Notes: generated by a model not told the origin, from the sequence alone. DNA of 32,000 nt from Candidatus Saganbacteria bacterium (GCA_026387835.1 JAPLKZ010000007.1:213434-245433), one strand, 5' to 3'. Positions 9,301 through 17,643 are shown, counted from the first letter of the stretch. Numbers and translations: made by a program.

Positions 9301-12300
9301 AGTTATCTTGCCTTCGGCGACCTTTGAGATAACCAGCGAAACGGCTTTCTGTACCTCCTCCTGTACTTGCGGTCTGGTAACTGCAGGTGCGGGGTGTTTA
9401 GTTGTTTCGACCTGCGGCTGTTGTATGATCGCCTGCGGTGCGGTTTTCATATTTTGAATGATCTTTTCTATCGCTTTGTCTATGGCTACGGATACGGGGA
9501 TGTTCCTCGGATCGGATGTTTTTACTTGTTCAAGGGCGATCACTATCTGCTGGACGTTCTCAGGCTTTACCGGCTTTTCAGACTGCTCTATGACGATCGG
9601 GATCATCCTTGCCATTTTGTCTATCATATTTGGCTTGCTTCTTATTGCCTGTACCACCTGGTCCACCGGCATGTTTCTGACTATATTGGCAACTACCTTG
9701 ATGGCTACCTCTTTTGCCTTTACATTGTCGGAGGTGTTCTCTACAGCTTCCTTGGCCCGCGTCAGCTTTTGTGCAATTACTTCTTTTACCTTGTCATTGA
9801 CCTGGGCCTTGCTTGCCAGGTCCTTTATACGATCCATGAAATTAACAACATCTTCGGTATTAGTGAAACTGGCTCCCTTTATCTCCGAGATCATTTCCTT
9901 TGCTTTTTTGGCCTCAGTCGGCTGTAGCTTTGCCGCTATCTGTGTCAGAAGCTGTTCCATAGGCTTCTTTAATGCATTGAGCTGCGTCGTGGTATCAAGT
10001 GCGTTCAGTGATGCCCGCTCAGCGACTTCAGCGCTCCTCTTTATCCTGACGGCTGCGGATAACATCATCATCTCAGCCTTGTTGGCTTTGGGTGCGGTCG
10101 CGTTGTTCACTTCCGTTTGTACTTGGGTTATCTCTGCTGCTAAGGTTATATCTTCTAGCATAGTGGCACTGGACATTGCAACTGTTGAAGCTCTTGGTGT
10201 TTGCACGGTGTCATTGGATCTATCCGATCTTGCGGCAGCCGGTGTCTGGTTGACGGCCGGCGTCATCAGTTTGCTCATGATCCTCTCGGCTATCTCCGCC
10301 GCTCTGACGGCTTGGTTTGTATCCTTGGCCACGGTGATCACCTGCTGTTGTTTCTGCGGTTCAAGCCTTATTATGATCATTGCCGCCTGCGATGGCTCCA
10401 TATCTTTAACTGCGGGCACTATCATCTGCGCGGGCAGCACTTCAAGCATCTTTGCCGCTTCTGAGGCCGATATCTCGCTCGTCGAGACTTTAGCCACTAT
10501 CTTGGAGGCCATATTTTGCGCGTTTTTTGCAGCCATCTCGAGCACGGACACGGATTCTTTCTCCGATCGGGTCATTGATACTGGCGTTCTATCTATGATC
10601 GTGCTGAGGACCGACAATAGTTCGCTGGCACTTGTGACATTGTTGGCCTTGACCGCCTTGTCGGTGGCTGTGGTGATCTGGTTGACCTTGTCTTTTGCTT
10701 CCTCGGGCTTTACGATCGCTAACGTCATTACTTCGTTCTGCAGGCTTTGTTTTACATTGATCGCTTCACTTCTGACTGCAGGTTTGCTCACAGGTCTTGA
10801 TGCTGGCTGCGGTTTTTCCACCCTTGTGGCAATATCTGTTAAAATGTCATCGATTATTTTATCGACCGCACTTTTGATATTTTCAACATTGGAACGTGTT
10901 ATTTTTGCGTATTCTGCTGCTGTTTTGTTATACTGCTCTTCCGGGACGATAAGCTTGATCAAGGCCAGATTGTTTAATGCATTCGGCATCGTGGAAAGCG
11001 CGGATGCTGATAAAGCCTCGCGTATGATATCATTGACGCTGCGAGTTGTCTTTGTTCTGTCTGCTGGCTTTATCTGCACTTCAGGAGAGACGGTTTGATC
11101 TTTGCTCGACGTTAATAATGATATGACATTTGGCGGATGCTGCACCAAGTCCCTCGCCTTGAGTATTTGAGACTCTTTGGCATTCATTATTCTCTTGGTG
11201 AATGCATCGGCGACCTTTTGAAAGTTTGCGGAATCGGTCTTGTAAAGCTTTGCCAAGGCCTGCCCCTCTGATTTCAGAAAATTGTTTTGCATCTCAAGCT
11301 TTTCGCTGGCGCTGGCCTTGCTGAATTTATCCAGGAATTCTTGAGGCATTGTGAGGGTATTTGTTTTTGTGTCAAATTGCGGTAGTTTCCCTGTGTCCGT
11401 GCCCACGACTACGTTGATCTGTTCTTTAGATCCCGAGTTGACATAGAGACTGGCCATTTCGTCCCTTCCCGGCTTTTGTATGGAGCCGGCAATTTTGTAA
11501 AATTTATCGATATTGGCCTGGGTCAAGTTGTCCGTATTGTACCCTAATTGTTTCAGGTTATTTTTCGCATCTGCCAATAAGTTCTGGTCCACGGTCTTTC
11601 CGTCAGCCTTGTATATGCCCTTAGCGGCGCTCTCCATCGGGTCGTACTTGCCGATGTTGTTGACGATGCTCATTATCATTTCCTTTATCAGGCCGCTCAG
11701 GGTCATTTTCTCATCGAGTTCCCTTAAGAACTGCTGGTAAAAGGCTTCAGCGTCGAACATCGCTGTTGACGCGTCCACCTGGGCCTGAAGCTGCAGCTGT
11801 TCCGTCATGGCGAAGACGTTTGGTTTTGCGGCCGCGCCGCCGCCGGCTTTGCCTGCGCCTCCCGCGGCATTGGCTGAACCTCCGGCACTGTCTATATTTA
11901 AATTCTTTCCTTCTTTTTTCTTTGCATTGCCCTTGTTTATTGCGTTTGCTATCATCTTTGCCAGGTTATCGCTGAATAATACAGCGACAAGTGCCTTTGC
12001 AACATAGGAAGCGGCTCTACCGCCCATTGCCGGGGTAAGCAGCTTCTGGGCCCAGGTCGATACAGCGGTGTTCGAGTTTGTCATATTCATGAACCTGTCT
12101 TTTCCTTTAAAAAATGAGGATAAATTTGAAAGAGGGCCGCCGCCGTTAGAATTAAAAAGATGTGAGGCTTTCTTCGCTGCTTCTTGTTTTTCTCTTGCTT
12201 CCTTTTGCGCATCAGTTTCTTGTTTGTTAGCATTTTGAGGTTTTTCTGATTGATTTGGTTGTGTGGATTGACTTTCTGATGTGCCTGATGTGCCTGATGT

Positions 12301-15300
12301 GCCTGTTGTACCTTCGCCGCCGAATTCTAAACCACCGTCTACCGGGTAAGTCCCGTCTGCGCTTCCCTCTTTCTCTTGAACTTGTGTTTTACCGGAAGTA
12401 TCCGCATTTTTTGCCGGGTCATTTTTCACTTCTTTCGCAGCATCTTTAGAAGGCAAACCTTCTGCATTTTCCATTGTATTTGATCCGGGAGTAGTTGTAC
12501 CTTCGGTACCTCCGGTGGTGACATTACCGCCGGCATCGGCACCTCCCGCGTCGGCAGCTCCAACGCATGCCGCGACGATCGAGATGACCGCCTTGACTAT
12601 CGATATGATGAACATGATGTTCGCCATAACGAGTGCTTTCTCGGCATCCCTGATCTGGTTCATCCTGTCCACGTAGGTATGGAGTGTGTCGAACAGCTGC
12701 TGCAGCGCTGTGGTCGAGACTTCCTTGCTCGCTTGAATGCCCATCAGCGTATAATCCTGGGCATCCAGCGCTATGCCGCCCACGGACCTGAGCACCATGT
12801 TCCTTATTCTCCTCTGAGAGTCCATTACTTCCTGTGAAGCTGTCGCGGCGTTATAGGCCATGTCTATCTCTCTTCTCATGATATAGAAATTGCTTTGGTT
12901 CAACCCCACGTAGCCGTCGCTCGTGCTGACGATCAGGTCTTCCGTTGCCTGGGAAAGGATCTCTTTTAATGATTGATAGAGTTTGTCGAAACGGCCCTGG
13001 TCTTTTTGTTTGTCGATGATCTTCAGGACCTCGTCAAGGATATTTGTTTTATACCTGTCGAGGTCGCCGTACCCGGAATTTTTGTCTTCCTCGGCGCACT
13101 TTTTGTTATAGTAAGCCTGCATTATGACGATGGCCGCGATGATGACGGCGGCAACGATCGCCCCGACGCCGGTGCAGGCCAGCACTGCGGCGACGATCTC
13201 CATTATAATCTTCACTGCCGAGAACCAGAGATTGGTCATTGCCCGGTCAAGCTGCTTTTCCCACTGTGTCCGTGCGTTATGCGCGCTTATGTTCTCCCGG
13301 ACCAGTTCCGTCTTCAGTTGAAGTGCCTGCATATATCTTGCGTTCATGGACTTCAGGCCGTTCGATATGGTCTGGAAATGTCTTGCCGTCCATCCGATTC
13401 TTCCCATCAGCTGGAGCATAAGGTCGATGATCTCTTGTCCGGTGGTCTCTATCTGCATCATCCCCAGTCCGAGCATAAAAAGCTGCGACATCTCATCGGA
13501 TAATGCGGTGATCTGTGCCGCGTCGTTCCCCCACATGTCGTCGCCCACGTTTATATGGGACCCGGTAGTCAGCTGGTCGACAAGGCCTCTGTACTGCGTG
13601 GCGATATCGCTGATCGCATCCGCGACCATATTGCCGGTGATGCGTCTTTCTGTTTTATTGTCGTAAAATTTATCATCTTCATGATAAAGTTCCGGCTTTT
13701 CGTGTTCCAGCAGGTACATAATGTTATAAATTCCATCAAAAAGACCTTGTCCCATCATACCGCCTATGATGAAGCCGAGCATATTTGCGAAAAAGCTCCC
13801 GATTATTTTTTCTTTTTCAAGTTCCCATTCTCTTTCCTTGTTGTTTTCCTCGACCTCGTCCCTGAGGCTCTGCATGACGAGGGAAAAAGCCACCTTCATG
13901 TCGTCCTCTAAGGTTACTAACGAATCCTCGACTGCCGGAAGCTCTTCGCCCAGCGGGTTTTGTCCTGTGGCCGCGTAAAGGGCGATCATCACGAGGCGCG
14001 CTTTTGATTCCATCACCAGCATATACGCTTTTCTTAAGTTGTCGATGCTCTCGAGCTTGTCGCCTATACTGTTCAGATATTCTTCGTTCAAAGCTTTGAA
14101 CCCGTCGCCGACCCCTATTATGCCCCCGTTATAAGCGGTCATGATAAGATCGTTTTCTTCTTTGTCCAGCTGGTCGAGGATGTTATTGCATATCGACTTC
14201 ATCGAGATGCCCCACAGGTTCAATGCTTCCTCGACATTGTCGAAATTGATCCTTGTCGGTGTATACTGGAAATCCTCGATGGTCAACAGATATATGACAT
14301 CGGTAATTTTTTCCACAAAACTGGCGACAAAAAAAAGTGCGGGGCAGAACAAGCAGATGCCGAATGCCGTCCACATCGAGTCCAGCATTTCTTTTGCTTT
14401 TTCATGTTCCCACACTGAATAGGCGTATTTGTTGCGCGCCTCTATCTCCAGTTGCAGCTGGTTTATGTTGGCCAGCAATAATGTTCTTTCGCCGTCCGTG
14501 GTGTATTTGAGATAATCAAAGACCATGTTCCATCTTGATGAGTCGGAGGTTATCCCCGACATTATCTCGATCATCATGGATTTGAGCTTTTCTTTCACGG
14601 AGAGCGACATGTAATAGGCTTTTCTCAGGTCGTTGATTATCGTTTGTCCGTGGAGTATGGCGTATGCCAGGTCTTTGTTCAGGTCGTAATAACTATTCCC
14701 GTAGCCGTTATCGCCGGCTGCTGCCATCAGATACTGGCGGTTGGCCTCGTCCAGATAATTCAGTTCGAGTTTGACGAACGGGTCGGCGGTCCTCCTCTTT
14801 CTTTCTTCGATCACCACGTCGAGGAAGCCTTTAAGAGTGTCCGTCAGACTGGCCTGCACGTCCTTAAATGCTCTATCGATCGCTTCTTTTGCCGCGGTGT
14901 ATTTTTCCTCGTACTCTCTGTGCGTCGCGTCGAGTCCGATGAAATCAAGAAGTGAATTGATACAGCTGGAGGACCCGCCTTGTGCGGAAGCTTGCGCGCC
15001 CAGCATTTTTCTGTCATATTCCGCGTTGTTTTTATCATGTATGTAGTTCATCGTGTTGGTAAATATGAACTTTGGCCCCTGCATATCATGCCTGAAGCCT
15101 TTATTTATGATCTCAGTGTATTTGACGTCCCTGGAAGAGGCCTCCTTAGGCCCTTTAAAAAGCTGGAGAATGTAGCCCTTGATGTTTTCCTTAGTTTCGC
15201 CGATCATCGCGATACCGAGAAGCAGCGACCATAATTCCTGCAGCTTGTAATAATAGTCTTTGAATTTCGGATCAAGCGTGATATAACCGTCGCCGTAATC

Positions 15301-15699
15301 TGTTGTCCATGTCGATGAGGAATTCCCCGCCAGAAGTATGTCCAGGGTTTGCTTGATCTCCGCTCCGAGCCCTTCTACCGCCTGTGCTACCGCGTCCGGT
15401 TCTGCAACCTGATAATTATAATTGACGGGTGTTATCGCGGTGCTTTCGTTATCATAGGTTAAAGGCTGGTTCACGACATAGTTGCCCTGAGTATCAACAG
15501 TGTCAAGTTGTTCGGCATCGAAAACAGTTGCGTTGCTGTCTGTGTTGTCTGATGGAGTTGATACACCGTCAGCTGATGTGTTTGCCATTAAAGCATCAAA
15601 GGTTGATACAGTTGTGGAATAATTGACCTGACCCGTGATATTGGCATTCACGTCAGTGCGGGTTGTCTGATCAGGAATATCTATAGTTGTAGTGCTCAT
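6376..15699 (-). CDS. giant (3107 aa) multi-domain protein of unknown function: polar N-terminus, membrane-spanning segments, low-complexity linkers, long helical tandem repeats
   Basis: A single uninterrupted 9.3 kb ORF starting at ATG, with its own conserved promoter (15721-15757). There is no signal peptide (MSTTTIDIPDQTTRTDVNANITG). All plus-strand ORFs inside it look like antisense shadows. Confidence 0.9.
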   Translation of the reverse strand: MSTTTIDIPDQTTRTDVNANITGQVNYSTTVSTFDALMANTSADGVSTPSDNTDSNATVFDAEQLDTVDTQGNYVVNQPLTYDNESTAITPVNYNYQVAEPDAVAQAVEGLGAEIKQTLDILLAGNSSSTWTTDYGDGYITLDPKFKDYYYKLQELWSLLLGIAMIGETKENIKGYILQLFKGPKEASSRDVKYTEIINKGFRHDMQGPKFIFTNTMNYIHDKNNAEYDRKMLGAQASAQGGSSSCINSLLDFIGLDATHREYEEKYTAAKEAIDRAFKDVQASLTDTLKGFLDVVIEERKRRTADPFVKLELNYLDEANRQYLMAAAGDNGYGNSYYDLNKDLAYAILHGQTIINDLRKAYYMSLSVKEKLKSMMIEIMSGITSDSSRWNMVFDYLKYTTDGERTLLLANINQLQLEIEARNKYAYSVWEHEKAKEMLDSMWTAFGICLFCPALFFVASFVEKITDVIYLLTIEDFQYTPTRINFDNVEEALNLWGISMKSICNNILDQLDKEENDLIMTAYNGGIIGVGDGFKALNEEYLNSIGDKLESIDNLRKAYMLVMESKARLVMIALYAATGQNPLGEELPAVEDSLVTLEDDMKVAFSLVMQSLRDEVEENNKEREWELEKEKIIGSFFANMLGFIIGGMMGQGLFDGIYNIMYLLEHEKPELYHEDDKFYDNKTERRITGNMVADAISDIATQYRGLVDQLTTGSHINVGDDMWGNDAAQITALSDEMSQLFMLGLGMMQIETTGQEIIDLMLQLMGRIGWTARHFQTISNGLKSMNARYMQALQLKTELVRENISAHNARTQWEKQLDRAMTNLWFSAVKIIMEIVAAVLACTGVGAIVAAVIIAAIVIMQAYYNKKCAEEDKNSGYGDLDRYKTNILDEVLKIIDKQKDQGRFDKLYQSLKEILSQATEDLIVSTSDGYVGLNQSNFYIMRREIDMAYNAATASQEVMDSQRRIRNMVLRSVGGIALDAQDYTLMGIQASKEVSTTALQQLFDTLHTYVDRMNQIRDAEKALVMANIMFIISIVKAVISIVAACVGAADAGGADAGGNVTTGGTEGTTTPGSNTMENAEGLPSKDAAKEVKNDPAKNADTSGKTQVQEKEGSADGTYPVDGGLEFGGEGTTGTSGTSGTSESQSTQPNQSEKPQNANKQETDAQKEAREKQEAAKKASHLFNSNGGGPLSNLSSFFKGKDRFMNMTNSNTAVSTWAQKLLTPAMGGRAASYVAKALVAVLFSDNLAKMIANAINKGNAKKKEGKNLNIDSAGGSANAAGGAGKAGGGAAAKPNVFAMTEQLQLQAQVDASTAMFDAEAFYQQFLRELDEKMTLSGLIKEMIMSIVNNIGKYDPMESAAKGIYKADGKTVDQNLLADAKNNLKQLGYNTDNLTQANIDKFYKIAGSIQKPGRDEMASLYVNSGSKEQINVVVGTDTGKLPQFDTKTNTLTMPQEFLDKFSKASASEKLEMQNNFLKSEGQALAKLYKTDSANFQKVADAFTKRIMNAKESQILKARDLVQHPPNVISLLTSSKDQTVSPEVQIKPADRTKTTRSVNDIIREALSASALSTMPNALNNLALIKLIVPEEQYNKTAAEYAKITRSNVENIKSAVDKIIDDILTDIATRVEKPQPASRPVSKPAVRSEAINVKQSLQNEVMTLAIVKPEEAKDKVNQITTATDKAVKANNVTSASELLSVLSTIIDRTPVSMTRSEKESVSVLEMAAKNAQNMASKIVAKVSTSEISASEAAKMLEVLPAQMIVPAVKDMEPSQAAMIIIRLEPQKQQQVITVAKDTNQAVRAAEIAERIMSKLMTPAVNQTPAAARSDRSNDTVQTPRASTVAMSSATMLEDITLAAEITQVQTEVNNATAPKANKAEMMMLSAAVRIKRSAEVAERASLNALDTTTQLNALKKPMEQLLTQIAAKLQPTEAKKAKEMISEIKGASFTNTEDVVNFMDRIKDLASKAQVNDKVKEVIAQKLTRAKEAVENTSDNVKAKEVAIKVVANIVRNMPVDQVVQAIRSKPNMIDKMARMIPIVIEQSEKPVKPENVQQIVIALEQVKTSDPRNIPVSVAIDKAIEKIIQNMKTAPQAIIQQPQVETTKHPAPAVTRPQVQEEVQKAVSLVISKVAEGKITPEEAATALNNVPAEVTVRAMAKASPEAAAMVIVNLEPGKRHQVIAMANEKQQAIKAVVIAENTRRNQVSPAGIQAQPIIMQDSFRNPRQVEQAPTTEASKEVSTDEEFTRLETDMIRAEMSNMKSLSKASKADTRIVSTVIVIKNGALAAKEASQKAVDPATQLNALKKPMEQLLTQIAEKLPQTEAKKAKDMSSEIKKADFTNTEKVARFISQVKDMANGAKINEKVKEVIAQKLTQAMEAVDNTSVNVRAKDAAQKAVNDIVNNKPVEDVVRAITSKPNMIDKVARMIPAVIEHSEKKVNPENMQQIVIALEEVKAAVPNNIRITVALDKAIEKITQKMEAAPQAVIEPQVKTAVQAAPVVNKPQVKQAESMPTSYTPVKEAQHAPQAMNMKPTTEDKVVQMVMDNPKKAEDVINQIIIVIDDEISANNTAAVKDLVAVLSKVSTDVPKDMNTNVVVSKAEQAVQKAVSQVVSKVIKGEMTATEAAKVLDVVPTQMIVQAVKDKEPTQAAQIILNLEPQKQHQVMAIAKETKQAVKAVEIAENIMRTTQSPVVINQAQAAIRPDTFRDDKQVSRSSTASSVTNETKGVFDENEMKKIEAEINADKNNKLNNEDASILRIAIGIKNRADNAKRISASGNETEAQIKSLKKPIEQFLNSISAKLDPTSAANAKNIIYGLKQKNFSKPEEAQDTLTQVKALVTGSNIKESTKQLVISKLENAVESLQNTSTNITCKQAAQTALKLLEGNASNDYIAKMILENPAIAASKIIGMISTLTDKPDINVSMPKLLNLVSTISNLPGSPALKDETDKIMRKMFDQINSQLFMTATVKDPADQDIVKPKIEQVAVSSILTFATKESAKVALSQIIANGMGPEETAKFLRNFKPEVAAYILSVLETKDAIAVLSQLALVSNSEYVKKAILRVDNDSIGKDLKAKIEDMLNSKDSNTICAGSIKKIDPITGEPDKNGNNNFMC
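7369..9984 (-). repeat. two full in-frame tandem repeat units inside the giant gene (390 aa/1170 nt, then 482 aa with an insertion)
   Basis: QLNALKKPMEQLLTQIA begins at codon 1906 (nt 9984) and again at codon 2296 (nt 8814), exactly 1170 nt apart. At DNA level, gctatctgtgtcag-a/g-agctgttccat-a/t-ggcttcttta is found at 9934 and 8764. A degenerate third unit (QIKSLKKPIEQFLNSISAKL) starts at nt 7368. A partial unit lies upstream, at about 10280-10478. Confidence 0.85.
12276..12311 (-). repeat. 9-bp microsatellite-like repeat (ctgatgtgc x3 plus one degenerate copy) encoding (GTS)3
   Basis: Direct reading gives ctgatgtgc ctgatgtgc ctgatgtgc ctgttgtac. It lies within the Gly/Thr/Ser/Ala low-complexity region of the giant protein. 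Confidence 0.8.
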
Positions 15700-15720
15700 A
15701 TAATATATATATTTACGGGT

Positions 15721-15757
15721 CTATATATATATCGTTGTATTGAAGCTAAAACTTGCG
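15721..15757 (-). promoter_or_regulatory. sigma-28-like conserved promoter, copy upstream of the giant gene
   Basis: Minus strand: CGCAAGTTTTAGCTTCAATACAACGATATATATATAG. The motif ends 21 nt before the ATG at 15699. Confidence 0.6.
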
Positions 15758-15791
15758 GGGAATAATGGGTCATTTTTGGCTGTTTAATGGC

Positions 15792-15823
15792 AAAATAATA
15801 GCGATTTATTAGCTGATTATTTT
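15792..15823 (-). terminator. possible AT-rich hairpin terminator after the 389-aa gene
   Basis: Minus strand: AAAATAATCAGC-TAATAAATC-GCTATTATTTT. This gives an 11-bp stem with one bulge and a 3' arm ending in TTTT, starting at the stop codon. The stem is almost entirely A/T, so it is weak. Confidence 0.3.
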
Positions 15824-16992
15824 CAGGTATTTGCTTTTCTTGCTTTGTTATCTGACCCGATAGCCATTGCTATCGAACGGGCGATCTCTTCCGGTGTGTT
15901 GAGGGTTGGATAAGTTAAAACTTCATTCATTCTTTTTCGTGCGTTTGACGACGCGAAAGTTGTTTCAAGTGACTTCATAAATTCCTGTGCCCTTAAACGG
16001 ACCTTTTCCGTTATTTTTGAATCCGCTAATTTTTGTTCGTGCCTCTTCTCATATGCTGTTTCATTCTCTTTCTCATCTGCCTTTCTTGCCTCGATAATGC
16101 CGGCCAATATTCTTTTAGCCATCCTCAGAGCTGACTCGTACACTTCAGTTGCCGCAGTCCATATTTTTGTAATTATTGTTATAACTTTAGGCATGTCTGC
16201 GTCAACAGCGGTTTCGTTCTTTGCTATTTGCGGCATTTCCTTGATCGGTGTCGCTGAAATGGCGCGCATCTGCTCCAATAAAGCGGGATCAATTTTAATG
16301 TCATTTTCTGTTGCGATAGATATAAGTTTGGTTGCCTGCTCCCCGCATGCTGTGATCTCTTTTTCGATCATCGATCTGGCCGGTTGCTTGTCTTTAAACT
16401 TTTCTCGCATTGCATTAAGCATATCATTCATCTTTTTGATGGCCTCAGCATCACCAGTGATGACTATGATCACATATTGTTTATTATGGTTTTTCAGGAT
16501 TATTTCGGTCTGGACTGCGATTTGAGAATTGTAGCCGGATTCTTGAGCGTGATAAGATGATAGTAATTCTTTTAAACTTATAGAATCGTCATTATGCCCG
16601 CAATATCCCAAAAAATCCTGTTTTGATCTTCTCAATGATTGTTCTGTTCTTATTCGGTTTTCTGTTGCACCGTTATTTCCTTCACCTTCTTGTTTCCTGA
16701 AATTAAGAATGGCTTCCTGGTGTTTTTTCATTTCCGACAGATAGCTGCGACCTACGGCAAAAGGTCTCATATAGGAAATAGTGTCGATCATAAAAGAAAA
16801 ACGCTCCGTAGTCGCGAAAGGGAACTTTTCCTGTTCTTGCGTAAAAGAACCGAGTACCCTGTAAGCAGGTCTTGATAGGTCGGGAACAGGTGTAATGACA
16901 GTTCTTGGCGTTGCCGTTGTACGCGATGTTAAGCCGTTCCCGGTTTCCTGTATCTTAGGATCGGTTTTAACAAGCGCAGGATCGGGCAACAT
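15823..16992 (-). CDS. hypothetical protein (389 aa), Lys/Glu-rich helical, no signal peptide
   Basis: ATG preceded by GGAG (GGAGATAATAT-ATG) and the conserved promoter. The N-terminus is polar (MLPDPALVKTDPKIQETGNGLTSRTTATPRT). No motif recognised. Confidence 0.75.
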   Translation of the reverse strand: MLPDPALVKTDPKIQETGNGLTSRTTATPRTVITPVPDLSRPAYRVLGSFTQEQEKFPFATTERFSFMIDTISYMRPFAVGRSYLSEMKKHQEAILNFRKQEGEGNNGATENRIRTEQSLRRSKQDFLGYCGHNDDSISLKELLSSYHAQESGYNSQIAVQTEIILKNHNKQYVIIVITGDAEAIKKMNDMLNAMREKFKDKQPARSMIEKEITACGEQATKLISIATENDIKIDPALLEQMRAISATPIKEMPQIAKNETAVDADMPKVITIITKIWTAATEVYESALRMAKRILAGIIEARKADEKENETAYEKRHEQKLADSKITEKVRLRAQEFMKSLETTFASSNARKRMNEVLTYPTLNTPEEIARSIAMAIGSDNKARKANT

Positions 16993-17003
16993 ATATTATC
17001 TCC

Positions 17004-17039
17004 CTATTTATATATCGATGGTAAGATCGCGAAATTTCA
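17004..17039 (-). promoter_or_regulatory. sigma-28-like conserved promoter, copy upstream of the 389-aa gene
   Basis: Minus strand: TGAAATTTCGCGATCTTACCATCGATATATAAATAG. The spacer is 1 nt shorter and the -35 is more divergent. The motif ends 11 nt before the ATG at 16992, and the SD sequence follows it immediately. Confidence 0.5.
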
Positions 17040-17059
17040 TTATATTCTAATTTTCTTTA

Positions 17060-17356
17060 CTAAACCGGCTTATCTGGACTGAATATATTGCTTTTGTCCG
17101 GTTTCTTTGCCTGTTCAGGCGTCATTTCTTTGTCTTTAATGACAGGAAGGCTATTATTCAGTTTACCTTGGTAATAGTTTTCCACGACTGCCTGTAAACC
17201 ATTCATCACTAATTCTGGCATGTTCGCTATTGCTGCTGCCGCGCTATTTACTATATCTAATCTTGCCTGTGCCACTCTTGCCTGTCCCGGTTCGCCATAT
17301 AATTTCTGTATTGGCGGTGATCCTTGTTGTTTAGCTTGTATATATATATATGTCAT
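17060..17356 (-). CDS. hypothetical small protein (98 aa)
   Basis: ATG with AGGAG 7 nt upstream, 10 nt after the preceding stop codon. Ala-rich central helix (ARLDIVNSAAAAIANMPELV). Pro/Lys-rich tail. Confidence 0.65.
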   Translation of the reverse strand: MTYIYIQAKQQGSPPIQKLYGEPGQARVAQARLDIVNSAAAAIANMPELVMNGLQAVVENYYQGKLNNSLPVIKDKEMTPEQAKKPDKSNIFSPDKPV

Positions 17357-17366
17357 TGTTTTTCTC

Positions 17367-17630
17367 CTACACTACCCTTCCCGTTCCTTCATCCGAAGAT
17401 GCGATCCCTACTCTGTTCACAGGGAGTGGCGTCTTATCGAAGCCCGCCAATCTCTGGATATTCTTCACTGTCTCAAAGGCTCCTTTTACTTGTCCAAACT
17501 GTTTTATTGCTTCTGTCAGGCTCGCAAGAGCAAGCCATTTGCTATCCTCCGTTTTTGCCGGCACGCCACCATTGCCTTTGATTCCCGCCATAAATATTGT
17601 CCCATTGATCGGATCCATATCCATGCCCAT
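17367..17630 (-). CDS. hypothetical small protein (87 aa)
   Basis: The tracked ORF (to 17663) overlaps the upstream gene. The internal ATG at 17630 (MGMDMDPINGT) is preceded by AAGGAGG (TAAGGAGGATAATATT-ATG), which begins in the upstream stop codon. Confidence 0.6.
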   Translation of the reverse strand: MGMDMDPINGTIFMAGIKGNGGVPAKTEDSKWLALASLTEAIKQFGQVKGAFETVKNIQRLAGFDKTPLPVNRVGIASSDEGTGRVV

Positions 17631-17643
17631 AATATTATCCTCC

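Noticed and set aside
6863-15626. Many plus-strand ORFs inside the giant gene, including a 546-aa one at 9458..11098
   Set aside because: They are antisense shadows of the 9.3 kb minus-strand ORF. Their sequences are Ser/Cys/Phe/Ile-rich and low-complexity with no motifs, and they repeat with the same 1170-nt period because they mirror the sense-strand repeats.
15700-15735. (TA)n tracts flanking the giant-gene promoter as phase-variation microsatellites
   Set aside because: The tracts have only 5-6 dinucleotide units and are part of the conserved AT-rich promoter 3' element seen at the other copies. The sequence gives no evidence of length variability.
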